Notes under the pieces: model-generated
The model's input: the letters and a program-made list of their open reading frames with translations, nothing else
What the model was told of the DNA's origin: nothing
Database searches by the model: none
From: Mobula birostris
Lineage: Eukaryota
Direction of reading: 5' to 3'
DNA: 64,000 nucleotides
NCBI RefSeq assembly: GCF_030028105.1
Contig: NC_092377.1
Coordinates: forward strand, 3,911,079 to 3,975,078
Program-made: the position numbers and the translations under genes
Part shown: piece after piece, positions 45,800 through 57,710 of the stretch
Position numbering within the stretch: position 1 is the first letter of the stretch
How the letters are laid out: every line of letters starts with the position of its first letter

Positions 45800-48700
45800 G
45801 TTCTTAAAACACTGCTCGGGGAGAAGGGTCTGCACTGCGCAGGCGCGTGATGTAGCGTGCCAAGGTTTAAAAAGAGAAATTTTCAACGGTTCTTGTTTCA
45901 GTCGAAGCAAGCAGCTGAGAAGGAGTGAAGAAATCGGGTAGAAAAAGTCATTTTTTTTAAACATTGCTTGGGGAGAAGGGTCTGCACTGCGCAGGCGCGT
46001 GACGTAACGCCCCAAGGTTTAAAAGCAGACCACCATATACAGCGGCCATCGTCGGAGTGGACTGAGTCAGAGTGGGACAGCTTTGATCAACAGGCTTCGG
46101 CGAGAACAGGCAGAGGCCAGGGTAGGTTCCGGTAAGTTTTTTCTTCAGATTGTCCAGCGTAGAGAGAATGCCAGGCAGGATGTTGGAATGCTCCTCTTGC
46201 AGGATGTGGGAAGTCAGGGAGCCCTCCAGTGTCCCTGACAACGACACCTGCAAGAAGTGCATCCAGCTGCAGCTCCTGACAAACCGCGTTAGGGAACTGG
46301 AACAGGAGCTGGATGACCTGCGGATCATTCGGGAGAATGAGGAGATTATAGATCGTGGCTACAGGGAGGTAGTTACGCCAAAGGAGCAGAGGACAGGAAA
46401 TTGGGTCACTGTCAGGCGAGGGAAGGGGAAAGGGCAGGCAGAGCAGGGTTCCCCTGTGGCCATTCCTCTCAACAACAAGCATACCGCATTGTAACAACAA
46501 GTATACCGCAAGTATTACCTGGGACAAGCTGCAGTAGCCGGATCTCTGGCACCGAGTCTGGCTCTGCAGTGCAGAAGGGGAGAGCGGTAGTGATAGGGGA
46601 CTCGATAGTTAGAGGTGCAGATAGGAGGTTCTGTGGTCGTGACAGAGAATCCAGGATGGTTTGTTGCCTCCCAGGTGCCAGGGTCAAGGATGTCTCTGAT
46701 CGATTGCATGACATTCTGAAGTGGGAGGGTGACCAGCCAGATGTCGTGGTGCACATCGGTACCAATGACATAGCAAGGAAGAGTGAGGAGGTCCTGGACA
46801 GTGAGTATAGAGAGCTTGGTAGGAAGTTGAAAAGCAGGACCTCAAGGGTGGTAATCTCAGGATTGCTACCTGTGCTAGGTGCCAATGAGGGTAGGAATAG
46901 GATGCTCTGGAGGAGGAACAAGTGGCTGAGGAACCGGTGTAGGGGGCAGGGTTTCAGATTTCAGGATCATTGGGACCTCTTCTGGGGCAGGTGGGACCTG
47001 TACAAGAGAGACAGGTTACACTTGAACTACAGGGGGACCAATATCCTTTCAGGGAGGTTTGTTAGTGCTATTGGGGAGGCTTTAAACTAGATTTGCAGAG
47101 GGATGGGAACCAGAGTGCCAGAGCTGACAGTGTGGCTGGGGTGAAAATAAATGATGTTGAAAGTTTAAGCAAATCTGCTGATAGGAAAGTTGTGAGCTGT
47201 GGTAAAAATCTTCTGAGGTGTATATATTTCAATGCTAGGAGTATTGCGGGGAAGGCGGATGAGTTGAGGGCGTGGATTGACACGTGGAATTATGATGTTA
47301 TAGCAATTAGTGAAACTTGGCTACAGGAGGGGCAGGACTGGCAGCTTAATATTCCAGGGTTCCGATGTTTCAGATGTGATCAAGGCAGAGGAATGAAAGG
47401 TGGGGGAGTAGCATTATTTGTTAGGGAAAATATTACAGCAGTGCTCAGGCAGGACAGATTAGAGGGCTTGTCTACTGAGTCCTTGTGGGTGGAGCTGAGA
47501 AACAGGAAAGGTATGGCCACATTAGTGGGATTGTATTACAGACCACCCAATAGTCAACGAGACTTGGAAGAGCAAATCTGCAGAGAGACAGCAGGCAACT
47601 GCAGGAAACATAAAGTTGTGGTGGTAGGGGATTTTAATTTTCCATACATTGATTGGGTCTCCCATACTGTTAGGGGTCTAGATGGTTTAGGGTTTGTAAA
47701 ATGTGTTCAGGAAAGTTTTCTAAATCAATATATAGAGGGAACAACTAGAAGGGATGCAATATTGGATCTCCTGTTAGGAAACGAGTTAGGGCAAGTGACG
47801 GAAGTCTGTGTAGGGGAGCGCTTTGGTTCCAGTGATCATAACACCATTAGTTTCAATTTGATCATGAACAAGGATAGATCTGGTCCTAGGGTTGAGGTTC
47901 TGAACTGGAAGAAGGCCAAATTTGAAGAAATGAGAAAGGATCTAAAAAGCGTGGATTGGGACAGGTTGTTCTCTGGCAAAGATGTGATTGGTAGGTGGGA
48001 AGCCTTCAAAGGGGAAATTTTGAGAGTGCAGAGTTTGTATGTTCCTGTCAGGATTAAAGGCAAATTGAATAGGAATAAGGAACCTTGGTTCTCAAGGGAT
48101 ATTGCAACTCTGATAAAGAAGAAGAGGGAGTTGTATGAAATGTATAGGAAACAGGGAGTAAATAAGGTGCTTGAGGAGTATAAGAAGTGCAAGAAAATAC
48201 TTAAGAAAGAAATCAGGAGGGCTAAAAGAAGACATGAGGTTGCCTTGGCAGTCAAATTGAAGGATAATCCAAAGAACTTTTACAAGTATATTAAGAGCAA
48301 AAGGATTGTAAGGGATAAAATTGGTCCTCTTGAAGATCAGAGTGGTCGGCTATGTGCAGAACCATAGGAAATGGGGGAGATCTTAAATAGGTTTTTTGCA
48401 TCTGTATTTACTAAGAAAACTAGCATGAAATCTATGGAATTAAGGGAAACAAGTAGTGAGATCATAGAAACTGTACAGATTGAAAAGGAGGAGGTGCTTG
48501 CTGTCTTGAGGAAAATTAAAGTGGATAAATCCCCGGGACCTGACAGAGTGTTCCCTCGGACCTTGAAGGAGACTAGTGTTGAAATTGCGGGGGCCCTAGC
48601 AGAAATATTTAAAATGTCGCTGTCTACGGGTGAGGTGCCGGAGGATTGGAGAGTGGTTCATGTTGTTCCGTTGTTTAAAAAAGGATCGTAAAGTAATCCG

Positions 48701-50090
48701 GGAAATTATAGGCCGGTGAGTTTAACGTCTGTAGTAGGTAAGTATTGGAGGGAGTACTAAGAGACAGAATCTACAAGCATTTGAATATACAGGGACTTAG
48801 GGAGAGTCAACATGGCTTAGTGCATGGTAGGTCATGTTTGACCAATCTATTGGAGTTTTTCGAGGAGGTTCCCAGGAAAGTGGATGAAGGGAAGGCAGTG
48901 GATATTGTCTACATGGATTTCAGTAAGGCCTTTGACAAGGTCCCGCATGGGAGGTTAGTTAGGAAAATTCAGTCGCTAGGTATACATGGAGAGGTGGTAA
49001 ATTGGATTAGACATTGGCTCAATGGAAGAAGCCAAAGAGTGGTGGTAGAGAATTGCTTCTCTGAGTGGAGGCCTGTGACTAGTGGTGTGCCACAGGGATC
49101 AGTGCTGGGTCCATTGTTATTTGTCATCTATATCAATGATCTGGATGATAATGTGGTAAATTGGATCAGCAAATTTGCTGATGATACAAAGATTGGAGGT
49201 GTAGTAGACAGTGAGGAAGTTTTCAGAGCCTGCAGAGGGACTTGGACCAGCTGGAAAAATGGGCTGAAAAATGGCAGATGGAGTTTAATACAGACAAGTG
49301 TGAGGTATTGCACGTTGGAAGGACAAACCAACGTAGAACATACAGGGTTAATGATAAGGCACTGAGGAGTGCAGTAGAACAGAGGGATCTGGTAATACAG
49401 ATACAAAATTCCCTAAAAGTGGTGTCACAAGTAGATAGGGTCGTAAAGAGAGCTTTTGGTACATTGGCCTTCATTAATCAAAGTATTGAGTATAAGAGCT
49501 GGAATGTTATGATGAGGTTGTTTAAGGCATTGGTGAGGCCGAATCTGGAGTATTGTGTTCAGTTTTGGTCACCAAATTACAGGAAGGATATAAATAAGGT
49601 TGAAAGAGTGCAGAGAAGGTTTACAAGGATGTTGCCAGGACTTGAGAAACTCAGTTACAGAGAAAGGTTGAATAGGTTAGGACTTTATTCCCTGGAGCGT
49701 AGAAGAATGAGGGGTGATTTGATAGAGGTATATAAAATTATGATGGGTATAGATAGAGTGAATGCAAGCAGGCTTTTTCCACTGAGGCAAGGGGAGAAAA
49801 AAAACAGACATGGGTTAAGGGTGAGGGGGGAAAAGTTTAAAGGGAACATGAGTGGGGGCTTCTTCACACAGAGAGTGGTGGGAGTATGAAATGAGCTGCC
49901 AGATGAGGTGGTAAATGCGGGTTCTTTTTTAACATTTAAGAATAAGTTGGACAGATACATGGATGGGAGATGTATGGAGGGATATGGTCCGTGTGCAGGT
50001 CAGTGGGACTAGGTAGAAAATGGTTCGGCACAGCCAAGAAGGGCCAAAAGGCTTGTTTCTGTGCTGTAGTTTCTATGGTTTCTATGCCAC
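45800..50090 (+). mobile_element. Full-length CR1 LINE with few lesions, in intron 1 and antisense to the receptor gene
   Basis: 5'UTR; ORF1 from 46150 (CSSC...CKKC zinc motif, coiled coil, SGNH esterase GDS/GTND/DRLH); ORF2 from 47093 (APE plus RT) with nonsense codons at 48365 and 48689 and frameshifts; TTTCTATG tail at about 50070-50086. Confidence 0.95.
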
Positions 50091-50523
50091 TTGTTTGTCC
50101 ATTCTCCCAATTTGACCAAGTCTTTCTACAGACAAGAGAGAACCTGCAGATGCTGGAAATGCAAGCAACACTCACAAAATGCTGGAGGAGCTCAGCAGGC
50201 CAGGCAGCATCTACAGAAAAAAGTACAGTTGATGATTCGGGCAGAAAACCTTCGGAAGGACAGGAGGAAAAAAGACAGGAGAGTAGGTATGAAAGGAAGG
50301 TGAGTGAAAAGAGAAACCAGAAAAAAAGGAGAGGGTCATTCTAGTGAGAATGGATGGATCCCAAGAACGTCATCACCAAGCAGATATTCTAGAAACACTC
50401 GTGTTCCATACAGAACGTCTCAATTACAGGATTCACACCGAATGTAGGACTCACACCACAGCTCAAACCACCTCAGATTCTGTGACAGATATTCCAAGAC
50501 CACAGAAGCACACTCTAACTTAC

Positions 50524-50575
50524 CCAGAGAAACACAGATGAAAAGGGTCACTGCAGGAAGGCTTTTATTCCTCAT
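50524..50575 (-). CDS. Exon 1: signal peptide (leader)
   Basis: ATG at 50575 with A at -3, encoding MRNKSLPAVTLFICVSL plus G, then the donor G|GTAAGT (phase 1). Joined to the V1 exon it gives the signal peptide ...ICVSLGVNA/KPVL, the usual split-leader layout of Ig-type genes. Confidence 0.8.
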
Positions 50576-50720
50576 ATTAACAGAGACGTACTATCGCCCG
50601 TTTACAGGATGTGAAGAAAACTGATTCTGACAGTGTGCTGAACTCACTGAACCTCTTTCTTGTAGCTGAAGTTGTGGACACAGAAAGAGGAAGCAGAGGG
50701 TTTAACTTCTCTAGCTACCT
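50576..50720 (-). promoter_or_regulatory. Candidate proximal promoter / 5' UTR of the receptor gene
   Basis: Non-repetitive sequence directly upstream of the leader ATG, with ETS-type cores AAAGAGGAAGC (50684-50694, PU-box-like) and ACAGGATGT (50604-50612). No obvious TATA box. Confidence 0.35.
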
Positions 50721-51079
50721 TGCCTGGGGTCTTGCAAGCTGTGCGGCGTAGTTCACAGACAGATTGCTTCCAATACCCAGCTGCCTCAGCCACTGAGGGA
50801 AGAAACAAGCAGAGTTTAAAATTTGTTCTTTCAGGAAGAAAAAGAAGCTGGCTCCATCAAAGAGGCCATTGTGAGAGTGGTTTTGTCTGAGATCAAAGTG
50901 TGGTATTTGAAGTCAAAGCTTCACTGCAGAGGTGAGGACAATAAACTATTGGCTGAAAAACTCAGTACAACGAGCAGCATCTGTGGGAGGAAGAGTCAGA
51001 GACCTGACCATTGTAACCCAGCAGAGCTTAGTCACAGCGGTCAGTTCTCTGGAACTACATCTGACTCTGCAATACTGAA

Positions 51080-52430
51080 GTGAAGGGAGGAGAGGTGAGC
51101 TGTGGTGATAGGGGATTCATTAGTTAGGGGAAAAAAAAGCGAGGTCCGGTGGATGACAACGAGATTCCTGGATGGCATATTCCCTCCCAGGTACCATGGT
51201 CTGGGATATCTTGGATTGAATCCTTAGTATTCTGAAGTGGGAGGGTGAACAGTGAGAGGTTGTGGTCGATGCAGTTACCAATGACATTGGTAAGAAGAGG
51301 GATGAGGATCTGTAAAGTGAGCTTTGGGAGTTAAATGCTAAGTTAAAGGGCAGGACCTCCAGAGTTGTGATCTCAGGATTGCTACTGATGTCACAAGCTA
51401 GTGAGGCCAGAACTGGGAAGATTATACAGTTTAACTCAGTTTGGTCTTCAGGGTTAAGGAAGGACATCCTGGCTGTGGAGGAGGTGCAGCGTAGGTTCAC
51501 TAGGTTAATTCCTGGGATGTCCGGACTGTCTTACGCAGAGAGGTTAAAGAGACTGGGCGTGTACACGCTGGAATTAAAGAGATTGAGGGGGTATCTGATT
51601 GAGACATATAAGATTATTAAGGGATTGGACAAGATAGAGGCAGGAAATATGTTCCAGATGCTGGGAGAGTCCAGTACCAGAGGGCATGGTTTAAGAATAA
51701 GGGGTAGGTCATTTAGGACAGAGTTGAGGAGGAACTTCTTCTCCCAGAGAGTTGTGGAGGTGTGGAACGCGCTGCCTCAGAAGGCAGTGGAGGCCAATTC
51801 TCTGGATGCTTTCAAGAAGGAGCTGGATAGGTATCTTATGGATAGGGGAATCAAGGGTTATGGGGACAAGGCAGGAACCGGGTATTGATAGTAGATGATC
51901 AGCCATGATCTCAGAATGGCAGTGCAGGCTCGAAGGGCCGAATGGCCTACTTCTCCACCTATTGTCTATTAACATATTGCTAAGGAAGGAAGTCATAATA
52001 ATTTTGGATCATTGAGCTCTCTTCCAGGCAAATGTGACCTACACAGAAGGGATGGTTTGCACCTGAACTGGAAGGGGATAAATATCCGGCGGGAAAGTCT
52101 CCTCATCTACACGATGGGGTTTAAACTGGAGTTGCAGATGGATGGGTCCCGTGTGCCGGAACAGTTGGTAGAGAGGTTGCAGAGACACAATTTGGTAAGA
52201 CCTCAAACAAAGTCAGGAATCGAAAGGTGAAGTATCATAGGAAAGGCAGATAAGATTGAGGCATGGATCAACTTCTGGAATTATAACATTGTAGCCATTA
52301 TTGACATTGGTTGCAGGGGGGGATAGGAATGACTGGCAGCTCAATATTCCAGAATTCCATAGTTTTAGACATGGCAGAGCAGGAAGGAGTAAAGGATGAG
52401 GGGTGATGTTACTAGTCAGGGAAAATGTCT
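51080..52430 (+). mobile_element. CR1 ORF1/APE remnant with a nested younger CR1 3' copy (about 51440-51969)
   Basis: The esterase remnant is interrupted by an open RT C-terminal segment; TTAAC occurs at both junctions. Confidence 0.75.
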
Positions 52431-53344
52431 TTATGCCTTTTGGAAATCAGGTCATCCTTTACTCGCTTAGCTATTCACAATAACAGAAATTTTGACCAGG
52501 GGTGCCTAAACTTTTGCATGCCACTGTATAAATAAATAGCAATAAATAACAAGAACATGAAGTAACAAGATAAAAAGAGCCCTTAAAGTGACATCAGTGG
52601 TTGTGGGAATATCACAGTGAGTGTAGTTATCCCCTTCTGTTCAAGACCTTAATGTTTGCGGGGTATTAACTATTCTTGTGTGAGGCCTGAGGTTCTTGTA
52701 CCTTCTACCTGATGACAGCAGCGAGAAGAGAGCATGGCCTGGGTGGTGACGATCTCTGATGATGGATCAAGCTTTCATGTAGATATTCTCAATGGTTGGG
52801 AGAGCTTTACCCATGTTCAAGCCTTTCATCTGTGGATCTGAATGACTACACCAGGGTAATAACGGACTTTATTAAAACAGTTGTAGATGAGTATGCCCCC
52901 CCGCCCGCTAAACAGTTCAGAGTAAGTAGCCCTGGATGAAGCACAATATTTTAAATGTGATGAGGGCCAGGTCAGAGCCATTCAAGTCTGGAGACCAAGA
53001 AAGCTACAAACAGTTCAGGTATGATCTCCAGAAGGTCATCTCACATGTATCTGGATCAAACTGGAATCAACAAAGGATGCCCTACAGCTGTGGCAAGATT
53101 TGAATGCTGTAACCTCCTACAAAAATTAAATCAAGTGACATGGGGGACAGCAGCGTTTCACTTCCAGATGAGCTCCATGCCTCCTGTGTTCACTTTGACC
53201 ACCAGAACATGGAGGAACCCCAACATAGTGCGCGTGTGCCAGCCATGCATGCAGCCTGTTACAGCCGTTCCAGACCAGTATTCTTACATTTTTCTTCTTA
53301 CCTTTTAACTTACGTTATGTTTTGTATTATTTTTTGCACTGTAA

Positions 53345-54416
53345 CACGTCGAAGCTGCACCCTCTCTAACATGCTGGTAGAGAGAGTTTTACACATCAAA
53401 GTTGCTGCTGAACACAGCAGGCCAGGCAGCATCTCTAGGAGGAGGTACAGTCGACGTTTCAGGCCGAGACCCTTCGACGGAGGGTCTCGGCCTGAAACGT
53501 CGACTGTACCTCTTCCTACAGATGCTGCCTGGCCTGCTGCGTTCACCAGCAACTTTGATGTGTGTTGCTTGAATTTCCAGCATATGCAGAATTCCTGTTG
53601 TTAGAGTTTTATTTGGGTTTTTAGCACTGGAAATAGTTACATTCTGACACGTCTCATTAGCAGGACAGAAGCATGGTCGCATTGTGTATTGCAGGGAGCA
53701 GCTACTTGCGCTTATGCCGGCTGGTTGAGCAAGCAGAGCGGCGGACACCCCGGCTGAAATCTGGAGGAAAACACACAGAGGATGCAGAGGGGGATAACAA
53801 AGTCGAGGAAAGAGGACCGGGTCAAGACAACAGAGACTTATGGAGAAGAGGAGTTCGGTGAGCAATAAAATGGAGGAGTTCACGGCGCTAGCCAGGTGTC
53901 AGAGAACATTTCGGGTGTGCAGTGTTATGTGTTTCACTGGAACGGGGCTGCACGAGGACATACCCGATCAAAACTTTTCCATGGACGGCTTCCAGACCGT
54001 TCGGGCTGACCGGAAGTGCACTGAGAGCGGTAAGCGTAAAGGAGTTGGGTGCTTACTGTTCTGGTGCAATCCTGGTCATATTACGATCAAGGAACGAGTT
54101 TGTAGACCGGATATTGAACTTTTTGCTGTTGGACTCCGGCCATATTCCACCAAGATACAACACAGGGCGTCACGGGAGGTTGTTCCTGCCTGTGGCCATC
54201 GAGCTTTGCAGCTCCTCCCGTGGAGGGTCAGACACCCTGAGCCAATAGACTGGTCCTGGACTTATTTCCATCTGGCATAGTTTGCATTTTGTTGTTTGAT
54301 TGTTTGTGGTTTTTGTATTGCTATATTTATGCTCTATTCTTGGTTGGAGCGGCTGTAACGAAACCCAATTTTCCTCGGGATTAATAAGGTATATCTATCT
54401 ATCTACCTATCTATCT
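53345..54416 (+). mobile_element. Internally deleted Rex1/Babar element (5' end plus partial APE fused to 3' end)
   Basis: APE start (RNKMEE...CFT...VRADR...GLRPY) joins near 54145 directly to the terminal 3' segment shared with the 12057-12968 copy; (ATCT)n tail at 54391-54416. Confidence 0.8.
53391..53602. repeat. Penelope-terminus-derived inverted repeat (83-bp arms, 7-nt loop)
   Basis: 53391-53473 pairs with 53481-53563 with 4 mismatches; flanked by AGAGTTTT at 53383-53390 and 53603-53610. Confidence 0.9.
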
Positions 54417-55130
54417 CCTGATGATCCTTTGGTCTGAATATCTGAAGCTGATGTGCGGGAGGCCTTCAGGCGAGTAAATCCAAGAAAAGCACCTGGGACG
54501 GGCGGGGTACTTGGCCATGTACTAAGGACTTGCCTGACAAACTGGCTGGTGTGTGCACTTAAGCTCTCCCTTTGGCAGTGTGCGGTATCCACCTGCTTCA
54601 AGCAGGCTTCATTCCAACTGGTCCCCAAGAAAAGCGTGCTGACAAGCCTCAGTGACTATTGCCCAATTGCATTTACATCCACAGTGATGAAGTGTTTTGA
54701 GAGGCTCGTGTTGAAACCTATCAGCTCCTGTCACAGAGGTGTCTTGAATCCACTCCAATCTGCCTACTGGAGCAACCGGTCCAGAGCAGATGCCATCTCA
54801 TTGGATCTTCACACAGAACTAGAACATCTGGACAGTGAAGATGCATACATCAGGGTGCTCTTTATCGATTACAGTTCAGCATTTAATACCACCACCTCCT
54901 CAAAACTAATCAATAAACTCCAGGACTTTGACCTCATTACCCCCTTGTGCAATTGATCCTGGATTTCCCTACTTGTAGATCCCAGTCAGTTTGGATGTCA
55001 GAAACATCTCGCCCATGGTCACCATCAGCACCGGTGCACCACAAGGCCGTGTGCTTCGCCCCCCTGCTCTATGCACTTTACAACTATGACTGTGTGGCTA
55101 AGCACAGATCCAAGACCATATTCAAGTATA
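54417..55130 (+). mobile_element. Decayed Rex1 RT fragment
   Basis: PRKAPGTGGV, MKCFERLV and [11 protein letters not shown] motifs. Confidence 0.8.
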
Positions 55131-56740
55131 GGATAGGAATAGAATGAGGTTGCAGATAAATGTGTGGCTAAGGAATTGGGGCAGAGGACAGGGATTCACA
55201 TTTGGATCACTGGAACATCTTCTGGGGGTGGTGTGAAGGGATGGATTGCACTAGAAATTAAAGGGGACCAATATCGTTGCCGGCACATCTGCTTGAGTGG
55301 TTGGGAGTGCTTTTAACTAACATGGCAGGGGGATGGGAACCAGTCTGATATAGCAGAAGATGAGCCAGAAGGTTTACAAGCCGATGATGGGTGTAACACA
55401 AATGTCCAGAAGGACAAGCCAATGATTGGGTACAAATGCAAACAGAGCAAAGAGTTTAATTGTACCACAGAGGCAATATTCAAAAGGGCAAAGGATGCAG
55501 GACTGAAGGTGCTGTATTTAAATGCATGTAGCATTTGGAATAAGGTAGACGAACTCATGGCACAATTAGAGATTGGTCAGTATGATGCTGTGGCAATCAC
55601 TGAATCATGGCTGAAAGAAGGTCATAGTTAGGAGTTTAACATCAAAGGATATACTTTGTATCAAAAGGACAGGCATAGATGGTGGTGTGCCTCGACTGGT
55701 AAGAGAGAATTACATCTTTAGAAAGGTGACGGGTCAGAGAACGTTAGATCTTTGTGAGCAGAATTAAGACAATGCAAGGGTAAAAAAACCATTATGGGAA
55801 TCATATATAGACCTCCAAAGAGTAGCCAAGGTGTAAAGTTGAGATTGCAAAGGGAGCTGGAAAGAGCATGTAATACGCAAGGGGATTGGGAAAATCAGGT
55901 TGGTGTCAGACTGCAAGCGAGGGAATTTGTTGAATGCCTACAAGATGGAGTTTAGAGCAAGTTGTGCTTGAGCCTACTCAGGGAATGGCTAACTGAGATT
56001 GAGTGTTGTGTAATAATCCAGATTTTATTAGTCATCTTAATGTAAAAGAACCTTTTAGAGGCAGTGATTATAATATGATTGAATGCATACTGCAAATTGA
56101 GAGGGAGAAGCATAAATCACATGTATCAGTATCGCAATGGAATAAAGGGAATTACAGAGGCATGAGAGAGGAGCTTGCTCAGGTGGATTGGAGGAGGATA
56201 CTGGCGGGATGACGGCAGAGCAGAGGTGGCTGAAGTTTCTGAGAATAGTTCACAAGGTGCAAGATAGATACAGTATGTCTCACGGAAGAAGTTGTTCTCA
56301 AAAAGAAACTGTGGCTGAGAAGGGGAGTTAAGGACTACATAAAAGCCAAGGAAATGGCATATAATTTGGTAAAAGTGAGTGGGAAGTTAAACGATTGGCA
56401 AGTTTTGAAATTCCAACAAAAGGCAAGCAAATAAAAAAGCTATACGAAGGGAAAAGTCACAATATGAGGGCAAACTAGCCAATAATATGAAGCAGGATAC
56501 CAAGAGTATTTTCAGTTAGATTAAAGGGAGGCGAAAGTTAATATTGGACCACTGGAAAGAGATGCTGGCGAGGTGGTAATGGGGTACAAAGAAATGGCAG
56601 ATGAACTTAATGGGTACTTTGCATCTGTCTTCACTGTGGAAGAATCTAGCTGTCTGCCAGAGGTCCATGAGTGTCAGTGACCTGAGGAAAAAGTGTGAGG
56701 CAAACTGAAAGGTCTTAAGGGGGATAAGTCACCTGGGCTG
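55130..56740 (+). mobile_element. Decayed CR1 ORF1-end/APE fragment
   Basis: LKVLYLNACSIWNK, AITESWL and GSDYNMIE motifs. Confidence 0.8.
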
Positions 56741-57414
56741 GGTGGTGGCATAATAATAATAGCCACTCACTCAATGTCAGCCAAACCAAAGAACTGATTA
56801 TAGACTTCAGGAGATGGAAACCAGAGGACCATGAGCCAATCCTCATCAGAAGATCAGAGGTGGAGAGGGTGAGCACTTCAAATTCCTTGGTGTTGTCATT
56901 TCTGAGCCCTTTTCCTGGACTCAGCACGTAAATACAATTGCAAAGATAGCAGCAGTGCCTCTACTTCTTTAGGAGTCTGCAAAGGATCAGCATGACATCA
57001 AAAACTTCACAAAACTCGTCTTGCTGATTGGTAGAGAGTGTATTGACTGGCTGCATCACGGTCTGGTATGGAAACACCAATGCCTTTGAAAGGAAAATCC
57101 TACAAGAGGTAATGGATTCGGCCCAGTACGTCATGGGCAAGGAGCTAATGTCAAACAGAACCCTGAGAATTATAAAGAGTCTGGAGAAGAATTCAAGAAG
57201 GAGAGAAGGAATGGCCATGAAAAGTCTTTGACAAGGAGGGTTATAGACATTCTATACAACGTGTGGAGAAGGGGAGACTGATACACGGGTAGCAGCTCGC
57301 TCTCCATATCGTACTGACCTGGCTTGTGTATCCTTGGCACTGCACTAAAAATGTAGACAGTTAGGATGCAACATCCTTGGTTGACCCTGACCAATGAAGG
57401 CCTCATGACAATCC

Positions 57415-57710
57415 CAGAGGGCAGCACGGTAGTGTACTGGTTGGCTCAATGATTTACAGTGCCGGCTGTGAGGTTGGGGTTCAAATCCCACCACTGTCTG
57501 TGAGGAGTTTGTACGTTCTCCCTGTGACCGTGTGGCTTTCCTCCCACATACCGAAGACGTACAGTTAGGGTTAGTGAGCTGTGGGTGTGATATGTTGGTG
57601 ACGGAAATATGGGGACACTTGCCCAGCACAATCCTCGCTGATTTGATTTGATACAAACAATGTATTTCACTGTATATTTCAATTTACATGTGACAAATAA
57701 AGTGAATCAT
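57415..57710 (+). mobile_element. V-SINE (HE1-like) copy
   Basis: tRNA-like head (ggcagcacggtag...ggttcaaatccc) plus V domain (gtctgtgaggagtttgtacgttctccctgtgaccg). A truncated copy also lies at about 59210-59440. Confidence 0.75.

Larger units (their letters stand above)
1910..50575 (-). other. Spliced gene model: Ig-superfamily receptor, leader-V-V-TM-cytoplasmic tail with YENV and an ITAM (8 exons, about 1149 nt CDS, about 382 aa)
   Basis: All introns are GT-AG and the phases chain correctly (1,1,1,1,0,0,1). Spliced protein: MRNKSLPAVTLFICVSLGVNAKPVLIQSP...YICGIWGSVFGKGTQLNVTSADIPVLIQSP...YYCRVWGDIDGNSTQLIVTKMSQAPSYLAWLILAVVLGVLAVTGGIFLISRRAFRNHPSHPPTETDHQSPGADYENVFMARDVPGSGGHQLDSNNTYMALQCPTQSIYGHLQG... 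Exon joining is inferred; there is no transcript evidence. Confidence 0.8.

Noticed and set aside
47093-49889. Active autonomous retrotransposon or host RT gene
   Set aside because: In-frame stops at 48365 and 48689, frameshifts near 48740 and 49220, and a frameshifted ORF1.
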